Position numbers and translations under genes: made by a program
The notes under the pieces: model-generated
What the model was told of the DNA's origin: nothing
Database searches by the model: none
Seen by the model: only the letters and a program-made list of their open reading frames with translations
IMG/VR virus record: IMGVR_UViG_3300014775_000942
Location: 1-24,957 of that record
From: a virus
Lineage: Duplodnaviria > Caudoviricetes
Length of the DNA: 24,957 bases
Reading direction: 5' to 3' (one strand)
Shown here: positions 16,521 to 24,957 of the stretch, piece by piece
Layout of the letters: the number at the start of each line of letters is the position of its first letter
How positions within the stretch are numbered: position 1 is the first letter of the stretch

Positions 16521-17141
16521 ATGGTTCAAGGACAAGTTTATCTTAAATTTAAAAATAATGAAGATGATGATTCTACTGCTTTAAATCAAAATGTAATTCC
16601 TCTAAAAATTACTTCTCTTAGTATTTCTACAGATAAAGTTATTCCATCTTTCCCTGTTCCTTTAAGTGGTTTGGCTACAGGAGAAGCACTCGTAGCGGCC
16701 TTAGATGCGGGTATGTCTACTAAAAGTGTTAGTTTGCAAGGTTTTATTTTGCCCGATATTATTGTAAGAAAAGGAAAAGGAGGACACGATTCATCTTTGA
16801 ACTATACTGCTCACGAAATTGCACAAATAATACATTCCGGTGTAGATTCTACAGGGGCGGCAGTGAATCAAGGATTTGCAGAGTTAGTTTTTTTAATTCC
16901 TTCTATAGTAGATGAAAATTTTAATCAAGTAGCGGAGAGAAATATTCCTTTTACTTATAAATCAAGAGGAGGTAGGGGAGAATACGATAATTATAGAGTT
17001 CCTTTGAGTGGTAGTTTTCCAACAAATGAATATTCTACAGGATTTACCGGATTCATTAGGCAATTTTCTACAGACTTTACAAGCGATACTATAGAAGTTT
17101 CTTTTAACATGCAATTTGAAATAGCAACTGTATTCCCATAA
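16521..17141 (+). CDS. distal tail (Dit-like) protein
   Basis: Directly after the TMP. Tube-like strands KSVSLQG, GFIRQFS and VSFNMQF. RBS GGGGTGA. Confidence 0.5.
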   Translation: MVQGQVYLKFKNNEDDDSTALNQNVIPLKITSLSISTDKVIPSFPVPLSGLATGEALVAALDAGMSTKSVSLQGFILPDIIVRKGKGGHDSSLNYTAHEIAQIIHSGVDSTGAAVNQGFAELVFLIPSIVDENFNQVAERNIPFTYKSRGGRGEYDNYRVPLSGSFPTNEYSTGFTGFIRQFSTDFTSDTIEVSFNMQFEIATVFP

Positions 17142-17150
17142 GGTGATTAA

Positions 17151-18302
17151 ATGTATGAAATTTTAACAGGAAAACAAAGAGGTTTAGTTTTTCCTGTAAT
17201 GTGTAATGGGCATGTTGTTATAGATTATAGAGATAATATTGCCGATACAGAAAATGATACTGATACTACAAATGATGTTGCATATGGATTATGGGCGCAT
17301 GAAGATTCTTTTACCTTTGAAAGTATTATTACTCCATATGAAATAAATGGATATGGAACTTATTCTTCTTTAACTAAACCTACATACACTAGTAAAAAGG
17401 TAATGCCGGCACTTTCGCAATCTGTTTATACGGCAGGAAATGAAGCAGACTATCAAAGCGAATTATATCTATCAAGAACTGCAAGATTGACTCATGAAAT
17501 GATGATTTTTTACAATACTAATTTTCAAGTATCTTTAGTTAATTCTACACTACATAATGAAAATGAACCCGCAAAATACAAAATAAGAGTTAGGCTAAAA
17601 TTAGGTTCTTCTACAGAAACATATACAACGGGGGAAGTTATCCTACCTGCACAAAATGGAAGGTCTTTCAAATATGAAACAATTTTAGGTTCTCCATCAT
17701 TAGCCACTGATGCAAACGGTAGAAAAATATACAGAAAGGTAGCAAGTATTTCAAGTCACAGTGGGGCTACTTTTACTACAAGTGCCGCACAATATTTATT
17801 TGCAGGAGATAAGCAAGAAATTTTTATTATTAATAGCGGAACTCCGGTTTCTTTAGGAACTATTAACGCTCTTAGTGCATCTACAGGAAGTGCTACCGTC
17901 ACACTAACTTCTGCCTATTCTCCTACTATTTCAGATGGAACTAATCTGTATATTAAGGAAGAACAAATGGCTACCTATACGGAAAAAGCGTTTCATATTG
18001 CTTGTTCTTTTCAAGCCTCTACTCGAACTTTAAACATTTTTTTAGACGGTGATTTAATTTCTACTAACACGCATTCTACCGATGCTACATTCTCTTTTGC
18101 AAGAGAAGATACTTATTTGGGGGCAAATGGAAGCGGGGCTACAGGAGCAGGTTCAGCCACCACAAATAAACAATTTATGGGAGTTTTACACGAACTTTCT
18201 ATAATGAATGTTAGCAGAAAACAATTTTTAGGTATTACTAATTTATTACCTAATTATGATAACACCTTAGTTTATTTTAGATTTGAGGAGGTAGACCTAT
18301 GA
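17151..18302 (+). CDS. LamG/concanavalin A-like tail protein
   Basis: FTFESII, FHIACSF…LNIFLDG, YLGANG, FMGVLHELSI and LVYFRFEE match the Laminin_G_3 pattern with an insertion. RBS AGGTGA. Confidence 0.7.
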   Translation: MYEILTGKQRGLVFPVMCNGHVVIDYRDNIADTENDTDTTNDVAYGLWAHEDSFTFESIITPYEINGYGTYSSLTKPTYTSKKVMPALSQSVYTAGNEADYQSELYLSRTARLTHEMMIFYNTNFQVSLVNSTLHNENEPAKYKIRVRLKLGSSTETYTTGEVILPAQNGRSFKYETILGSPSLATDANGRKIYRKVASISSHSGATFTTSAAQYLFAGDKQEIFIINSGTPVSLGTINALSASTGSATVTLTSAYSPTISDGTNLYIKEEQMATYTEKAFHIACSFQASTRTLNIFLDGDLISTNTHSTDATFSFAREDTYLGANGSGATGAGSATTNKQFMGVLHELSIMNVSRKQFLGITNLLPNYDNTLVYFRFEEVDL

Positions 18303-21300
18303 CGGATAGAGTTAATATTTTATCTTCGGGTCAAACCACTACATATGGGCATAGTGGGCAAACCTCTACAGGAAGTGCAACTATTACTTCTATAACTCCT
18401 ACTAATGTTTATGTAGGAATGAAAGTAAGTGGTCTTTCTTCTATTCCCGATAATACTTTTGTAGAGAGTGTTGGGGCTTCTACCGTCACTATGACAAATA
18501 ATGCTACGAATGCAGTAAGCGGTATTGTAAAATTTCAACAAGTAAATTATGATGTTCCAACAAATCCACAAATTTCTTTAGTTAAAACTCTCACCACTGA
18601 AAGAATTTTTACAGGAGTATATGGAGATGATTCTAATTCTACTCTACAATTTAAACAAGTTGGGTATTCAAGCACTATTAATGAAGAGTTTGAAAATTTA
18701 GCCAATACAGAAGGATTTAGAATAAAGTGTTATGATTCTACTTCGCAAGAAGGAGTTCAATTAATAGATGCAACTACAAATTATACTGATGCTTTATTTG
18801 ATACTAATGATTTTTTTGTCTTACTACATTCTGATGATTATTTATTACATCATGTTGCTAAAATTACACAAGTTCTGAGAGGAGATGTTAGCGGGGATAG
18901 TTTTGAATTTCAGCCAAGATTGGGAACAGAAATTCCTAAAGGAACCAAATTTATGATATTTCAAGGGCCGGCAAAAACAACTTACCCATTGGCAATATCA
19001 ATAGGAATAAAAAAAGATTTACAATTTGACTTACATTGTTCTCGCCCATTGTTTTACTTTTTTAACGATAATTTAGATAAAGATAATGAATTAAATCATA
19101 ATACAAAATATTACACTTATGTTCAAACTACTAATAGTGCGGGGGTTGTAGATTTAGCGGCAGGAAACACGGCAACTACTTTGACAGTGACAGAGTATGC
19201 TCAAGATATTGTAGACTATAGTAAATATAATCTAAGGGCTAAGGTAGTAGATAATTTAAGAACTTTAGACGCTCCTTTAACAAATACAAGCAATGAAGGA
19301 AATACTCCTAACTCTTTAGATTTTACAGACTATGATGATGCTTTTCCTAATGCTAGAAGGGATGATGATGACGACCATACTACTCTTCAATATAGAGGCA
19401 TAAGAAGATATTTGCACTACGGATATTCTCCGGACAACTGCAATTTTACCTACAATGTATATGATAATACAGTGTTTGAATCATATGGGCAAAGAGGAAG
19501 TTATTCCGAAAGTAAAATAGCAGATTTATTTAGAATACAGAATAAAAAGATTATAGAAAATACGCCCTATAGAATAAGGCATTCGGTTCATAGGGGAAGT
19601 TTAGAGGATTGGTTTGCTTTAGATGCAAAAATAACTGTAGATTCTTCACCTACTTATACGGTGCAAACACCATTTGATTTAAATAATTTCTTAAATAATA
19701 ACGATGAAATAAAAATAGGAGATACTATATTTTTAATAAATTCAATGGGGAGTTTTGTTTCTGCTACAGGAACTACTCCTTCTACTCAAACAATTACTTT
19801 AAGAACAAGTGGAGCGAATAAATTGAGTAAAGCAGATGGCGTTGCCGGAGTATTTAGTGCTTCATCAGACCCAACGATTGCGATTGATTCAATAATTTAT
19901 AGAAGGGCATTTAATAGGGCAGATATTACTTTAATGACAGATTTTCCTTTAGTAGATAATAGGCAAAATAGCCTCTTTGTTAAATTAATTTCTACAGAAT
20001 ATCCAAATCTTAGAGCAGGAGTGACTTCTATTGATGTAGATAAAAAATTATTAACTCTTAATTTTTCTTCAAAATCATATATCCCATATACTTCTACAAA
20101 TGGAACTGCCTTACAGTGGGCTACAGGTTCGTATGAATTAGAAATAGAAAAATTTAACGGCACTGTTGAAGATATTAATTCTTATCAAGAAAACGGGCAA
20201 AGAATTTTGGCAATAAGTGGTAGAAATAATTTAAGTAAGTTATTATCTCCTGTAGTGAATAAAAATACTTTGCATAGTAAAGATATTATCTATTCTACTA
20301 ATAGTCCATTAAATAATATTTCTTTAATATTGAATGCTCCTGTTATTGTTTGTTCTTTTGATACTGATGTTGTCACTTTCATAGAAAGTAGTGGAGGAAC
20401 TCCTACTAACCACTATTTATCTGTAGGTCAAGATGTTTTTGTTTATCATGAAGAACATAAAACCTTTTCTTATGTAGGTAGGGTAAAAACAGTAGATAGC
20501 GCAAGTCAAATAACATTAGAGCAAAATTCTCTTGCAGAAACAAGTGGCAACTATGGGACAGAAGAAGGAGATGATATAGGAGCATATGCAACTTCTAAAC
20601 ATTATATATTTAATAAAGCCCTATCAACAAATTCTTTTCAAAACACAAGCACTGATTTAACTGCTACTTCTGAAAAAGGACTATTTTTTGATAGTGGGCA
20701 AACTATTTCAAGTGTAGGAGCAGAAACAGAAACCTTAGTTGGAACTTCTGCAAGTGATGATAGTAGAGCAATAGGGTATTTTATTAGTGATACTAAAGCA
20801 ATAAAAAGCGATAGTAAGTTTCAAGCAAGATTAGATGATAATGCCACTTCTAAAAATTATGAATCATTTGATACAATTAATACTTTAATTGATTTTTCTA
20901 TATTAAGCATAAAGAGGTCTGATAATAATACTTTAGTTGAAATTGCGCCTCATCTTCCTTTAACTTTAGGAAGAGTAGATATTAACTACGCAAACACTCA
21001 AGATACTACATTTACAGATATTGGGGCTTGTAGTGTAGGAACTTCCGGAAATAGTTATTTTACTATAGATAAAGATGTTAGCACTGCTCTATTATCAACT
21101 ACAGCAGACCCAAGAAAATATCACAATAAGCCAATATATTCTAATGGAACATTTATTGGAAAAATGCTACTTTCTACTTTACATACAGACCACGATACAA
21201 TTTATGTTTATTTAGATAGAAAATTAACTTCTACAATTAGTGGAGAAACAATTCAAGTTTTGACAGAAGACTCTTATTTAGAAAGCAGTAAATTAACTCA

Positions 21301-24300
21301 TGAATTAAATTTATTGAATGCCGGACATTTACATACAGGAAAAATTATTTCTCTTTTAAGCCCTTTTATTAATTCTGCAACTATTAACAAGACACTCTCT
21401 ATGAATTATCCACTGTATTATAATACAATGGATGAAGAATTTACTTATGTAGAAAAATATGGTTCTCCATTCTATCGAATAATGAATTTAGAAAAGGGAA
21501 ACTATAATAGAATAACTTCTACTTCTACAACTAACATAAAAGATGTAGCGGAATATTATTTAGAAACACCAAGTAAAGTTTCTTATTATGCAAGTGCATA
21601 TAGATTTAATTTAGGAGATTTAGCAACTAATAATTATTGGTCTATTGTAGGAGTTGGGAAAACAGGATATGATGGTGACATTCATCCTCTTCCCGAATCA
21701 AGAGGATTTACTTCTGTTTATGGTTCAAGATTCTTTGACACTATTTTACATGAATCGGGTGGTAGTCCATTAAGAACCTTATTTACACATGACCCAACTA
21801 TTACTAATACTGTAGCAGATGTGGCAGGAACTCATGAAAATGTATTTACTTCTAAAGACCATTTAGATTTATTAGACCATAAAGTAGCAAGAATGTTTTT
21901 GTTTGCTAATTCTGACCTACACCCATATTCTTCAAAGAGATATGATAGTTTAATGTATGATGGGCAGAGTAGAGATATTTCTAATTACAATTTATTTGCT
22001 TTAGAAACTCCTATTGAAACCTCTTCTTCTGATAGTAAAAGTGATGTTGTAGGAAAAACTAATACTTTGACTTTAAATGATTCTAATTATTCTTCTGCCT
22101 CTATTATTTCTTCTGATAGGACTTTATCAGAACTAAAAAGATTTTCAGTTATGCGACTAACAGAAGTTGTATTTGATTGGGCTTTTAATCAAATTGACCC
22201 CGAAAATATAATTTCTAAAGATAGGGTTTTGCCTATGTTTAAATATTCAGGATTTGATTTTGACGGATTAGATTCTTTGTTTGCGACTACTAATCAAGTT
22301 GCTACAGGAGATTATTTAGATTATACAGTAGGTGGAGGTTCGTATAATAACAGCACAAGTATTACAGTCACTTCTACTGCATCTCTAAAAGCAGGAATGC
22401 CTGTTAGTGGAAATGATATTCCGGCAGGTGCTACTATTGTTTCTGTAGATAATGCAACTGATTTTACAATTAGTGTTGCGACTACTAATGGGTCGCACAC
22501 AGGAGAAACAATAACCTTTGGCTCATATATTGCTACTGATACTACTGTAAATCCTAATACCCTCACAGGAGAAAGAGAAATTATTGCTGACTCTAATGGA
22601 AGATATATTGGAGAAGTAGCCGCTACAGAATTTTCAAGTCCTAATGGTAAAATTGTTTTAATGGATAAAGCAAGAAAAACTAATGGCACTAATTATTTTG
22701 CAGGAACTATATTTTCTTTAACTGCTATGAGAAATTCAAATGGAACGGCAAGTAGACAAAATACGACAATTAGAGGACATGGAAAAGAAGATACATTTGT
22801 AGATTTAAAATCTGCTCCACATATGATGAAATCAATAATAGTAAATGATGTAGGTTCGGGACATTATGGAGATGGAAGTCTTTCTGCATTTAGAGTTAAA
22901 AATTCTCAACCTTTAGATACTGTAAATTTAGGAAGTGGGGCAAAATCATTTAATTCATACTTTCCTATTGATTTAGATTCAGCAGGGCATTTTGGAGACA
23001 CTTCTTCAAGTAGTTCATTGATTTCAGAACACACTATTAGATTATTCGATATGTTGCATGGGCCGTTAGGAGAGCCGGACAGTAATCCTCCTACGGGTAG
23101 TGAATGCCTATACAATTTATTTTTACCTGTATTTTTAGATAGATTTGATGTAGAAGAGGGTGGGGGTTCAATGGTTTCTAAAGGAACTGTTGCCGGCCCA
23201 ATTACTGCTATAGCATTTAGAAGTTCTCAAAATATAGGAACAGATTTTTGTTTAATTGGTATGGGGATACTCAATGATTTTGCCCAATATCAAGATTCTG
23301 TAGACACAGCAAAAACATATGATAAAGATGCAGACGGAGTAATGATGGGATTCAAGCCCCGATTATATCTAGATTCTACTTCGCTTGCTTCGGTTAGCGG
23401 AACTAATAAAGCGGCAGGAGATAGAAATGTGTATAATTATGTAATAGATTTAGATACTGATGTGACGAGCATTACCTACTTCGATGAAGACGCTGTAGGA
23501 AATTCTGAAACCTTTCCGGCAATAAATAGAAAGAGTTTAAAATTAATGAATGATTTAACAGGGTGTTATTTAGTTTCTGAAAAAGGAAAATATTATGATG
23601 ATGATTTTACAGTTCAAACATATTCTGATTTATTAGCCAATACGCCTTCACTAAACGAGCAAACTCCTAATATTATTGCATATGTAATATCTCATGAAAT
23701 AGATACTACTAATTCTACAGAAAGGCATATTTTAACTTTAGATACTCAAATTACTACAGATATTTATAGAATCATGCAACCTAATCATACTTGTTTCTAT
23801 GATTTTTCTCCTAAGAAAATTAGACTAAATACTCTATCTTCTGCATACACTAAGAAAAGCGGAGAAGATGCTTGCTATGAACCTCACAATATTAATTCCT
23901 ATATGGTTTCTAATAAAAGCGGAAGTAGAACTTTTACAAGATTTAACAATACAGGAGGAAGAGAAGCGGCACTTTCTATGTATGTTGTATTAGACCCCGA
24001 TGCTCAAAGTGATAGCGAATACTTAATGCTTAGAGATGTTAATGATATTGAAAGTCTTTTAGATGCAGATACAAATTATACTATGGCTGTATCTGATGGA
24101 GAAAAAGCCTACAAAACTTCTATGAAATATAATGATAATGGAGATGATATAGGCCACTTCTTGACCTTTGATACAATGGGAGAAACTTTAGGAGTGGCTT
24201 CTATTAGCGAAGTTGCAACACTAACGGTTAATGGAGATATTTCTTTTGATTCTAAAAGAGCCATGATTGGAACTGCTGTCACTATTTGTAAAGAGGGAGA

Positions 24301-24957
24301 AAATCTAATCAATGATTTATTAGAAGAAAATGATATTGAATTTACTATAACTAATGAAACCGACTATCCTTATTTCTTAGCACCTAATTATCAAAGCATT
24401 GATTTGTTTTCGGCTATTAATTTAATATTAAGTAAGAAAACAAAAACTTTGGCTATTCAATATAATGCGTCAAATATAGATAATCCGGCAGAGGCAACTT
24501 TTACTATTGTCAATAGAACAAATGTTAGAAACTATCCAAGTGTAGTCTTGAGCGATAATGGAGACTATCAAATATTTGCCTATGAAGAAGTAAAATCAGT
24601 TTTTGATTTTTATAATGAAGTAATAGTTTATGGAAATGCTCATAAATCTACAAGAAAAGATTTGAGAAGCATTCAAAAAATAGGAAGAAAAACCTTAGAA
24701 GAATATGATACTAATTTAACAACTCAAGAAGAAGTAGATTTAAGAGCATCTGAATTACTAAGAATACATTCTGATGATAATATTAGACTCAATATTACAG
24801 TGGGACATGACAATATTAGCCAATTACAAGCAGGAGATATTATTAATGTAGAATTAGAGAAAGAAGGCGTAGCACTTAGCGAATACATAGTTTTACAGAT
24901 GAAGCATTTAATGAACGGAATGTTAGAATTAGAATTGGGTAAGTTTAGTAAAAAGTT
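18299..24957 (+). CDS. giant tail-tip / hub (Tal/gp27-like) adhesion protein, >=2219 aa, 3'-partial
   Basis: ATG 18299 (ATGA overlap, RBS GAGGAGGT). No stop in the parts I translated, and the track lists no closed + strand ORF here. The C-terminal FYNEVIVYG…SIQKIGRK…LQAGDIINV is hub-like. Confidence 0.8.
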   Translation, partial: MTDRVNILSSGQTTTYGHSGQTSTGSATITSITPTNVYVGMKVSGLSSIPDNTFVESVGASTVTMTNNATNAVSGIVKFQQVNYDVPTNPQISLVKTLTTERIFTGVYGDDSNSTLQFKQVGYSSTINEEFENLANTEGFRIKCYDSTSQEGVQLIDATTNYTDALFDTNDFFVLLHSDDYLLHHVAKITQVLRGDVSGDSFEFQPRLGTEIPKGTKFMIFQGPAKTTYPLAISIGIKKDLQFDLHCSRPLFYFFNDNLDKDNELNHNTKYYTYVQTTNSAGVVDLAAGNTATTLTVTEYAQDIVDYSKYNLRAKVVDNLRTLDAPLTNTSNEGNTPNSLDFTDYDDAFPNARRDDDDDHTTLQYRGIRRYLHYGYSPDNCNFTYNVYDNTVFESYGQRGSYSESKIADLFRIQNKKIIENTPYRIRHSVHRGSLEDWFALDAKITVDSSPTYTVQTPFDLNNFLNNNDEIKIGDTIFLINSMGSFVSATGTTPSTQTITLRTSGANKLSKADGVAGVFSASSDPTIAIDSIIYRRAFNRADITLMTDFPLVDNRQNSLFVKLISTEYPNLRAGVTSIDVDKKLLTLNFSSKSYIPYTSTNGTALQWATGSYELEIEKFNGTVEDINSYQENGQRILAISGRNNLSKLLSPVVNKNTLHSKDIIYSTNSPLNNISLILNAPVIVCSFDTDVVTFIESSGGTPTNHYLSVGQDVFVYHEEHKTFSYVGRVKTVDSASQITLEQNSLAETSGNYGTEEGDDIGAYATSKHYIFNKALSTNSFQNTSTDLTATSEKGLFFDSGQTISSVGAETETLVGTSASDDSRAIGYFISDTKAIKSDSKFQARLDDNATSKNYESFDTINTLIDFSILSIKRSDNNTLVEIAPHLPLTLGRVDINYANTQDTTFTDIGACSVGTSGNSYFTIDKDVSTALLSTTADPRKYHNKPIYSNGTFIGKMLLSTLHTDHDTIYVYLDRKLTSTISGETIQVLTEDSYLESSKLTHELNLLNAGHLHTGKIISLLSPFINSATINKTLSMNYPLYYNTMDEEFTYVEKYGSPFYRIMNLEKGNYNRITSTSTTNIKDVAEYYLETPSKVSYYASAYRFNLGDLATNNYWSIVGVGKTGYDGDIHPLPESRGFTSVYGSRFFDTILHESGGSPLRTLFTHDPTITNTVADVAGTHENVFTSKDHLDLLDHKVARMFLFANSDLHPYSSKRYDSLMYDGQSRDISNYNLFALETPIETSSSDSKSDVVGKTNTLTLNDSNYSSASIISSDRTLSELKRFSVMRLTEVVFDWAFNQIDPENIISKDRVLPMFKYSGFDFDGLDSLFATTNQVATGDYLDYTVGGGSYNNSTSITVTSTASLKAGMPVSGNDIPAGATIVSVDNATDFTISVATTNGSHTGETITFGSYIATDTTVNPNTLTGEREIIADSNGRYIGEVAATEFSSPNGKIVLMDKARKTNGTNYFAGTIFSLTAMRNSNGTASRQNTTIRGHGKEDTFVDLKSAPHMMKSIIVNDVGSGHYGDGSLSAFRVKNSQPLDTVNLGSGAKSFNSYFPIDLDSAGHFGDTSSSSSLISEHTIRLFDMLHGPLGEPDSNPPTGSECLYNLFLPVFLDRFDVEEGGGSMVSKGTVAGPITAIAFRSSQNIGTDFCLIGMGILNDFAQYQDSVDTAKTYDKDADGVMMGFKPRLYLDSTSLASVSGTNKAAGDRNVYNYVIDLDTDVTSITYFDEDAVGNSETFPAINRKSLKLMNDLTGCYLVSEKGKYYDDDFTVQTYSDLLANTPSLNEQTPNIIAYVISHEIDTTNSTERHILTLDTQITTDIYRIMQPNHTCFYDFSPKKIRLNTLSSAYTKKSGEDACYEPHNINSYMVSNKSGSRTFTRFNNTGGREAALSMYVVLDPDAQSDSEYLMLRDVNDIESLLDADTNYTMAVSDGEKAYKTSMKYNDNGDDIGHFLTFDTMGETLGVASISEVATLTVNGDISFDSKRAMIGTAVTICKEGENLINDLLEENDIEFTITNETDYPYFLAPNYQSIDLFSAINLILSKKTKTLAIQYNASNIDNPAEATFTIVNRTNVRNYPSVVLSDNGDYQIFAYEEVKSVFDFYNEVIVYGNAHKSTRKDLRSIQKIGRKTLEEYDTNLTTQEEVDLRASELLRIHSDDNIRLNITVGHDNISQLQAGDIINVELEKEGVALSEYIVLQMKHLMNGMLELELGKFSKK
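22281..22489 (+). repeat. 14-bp direct repeat TTGCGACTACTAAT, 195 bp apart
   Basis: Copies at 22281-22294 and 22476-22489. Confidence 0.8.

Noticed and set aside
100-24312. All minus-strand ORFs in the track (e.g. 3285..3914, 15034..15567, 22321..22689)
   Set aside because: They overlap well-supported + strand genes, are Ser/Phe/Leu-rich antisense shadows of Glu/Lys-rich codons, and show no recognisable motifs.
18303-24957. Apparent non-coding or pseudogene region in the ORF track
   Set aside because: It is one open + strand frame from ATG 18299 whose stop lies beyond the window.
1-24957. tRNA, rRNA, CRISPR array, integrase, transposase or intein
   Set aside because: No intergenic space is large enough for the RNA features and no diagnostic motifs were seen.

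Overview
This window is a ~25 kb AT-rich piece of a head-tail (Caudoviricetes, HK97-fold, siphovirus-like tail) virus genome, densely coding and entirely on the + strand. Recurrent GGTGA/GAGG ribosome-binding sites and the capsid/ligase gene context point to an archaeal host, most plausibly a marine euryarchaeal virus (Magrovirus/Poseidoniales-type, halovirus-related); this host call is inference, not a database result. Gene order: partial gene, small ORF, multi-domain ATP-dependent DNA ligase, prohead protease-scaffold, major capsid protein, three small head-region genes, a five-gene insert, an acidic orphan, head-tail adaptor, tail terminator, tail tube, AT-hook micro-ORF, tail chaperone with a -1 frameshift, tape measure, Dit-like protein, LamG protein, and a >2200-aa tail-tip protein running off the window (absent from the ORF track). 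The best candidate for an undescribed system is the five-gene insert between head and tail genes (6716-9303): two membrane proteins, an Arf/Sar-like small GTPase, a Zn-finger/coiled-coil protein and a Gln-rich protein with a WW-like domain, which may act in membrane remodelling or virus egress. A second candidate is a ligase that may be packaged in the virion and matured by the prohead protease. All family calls come from reading motifs by eye.
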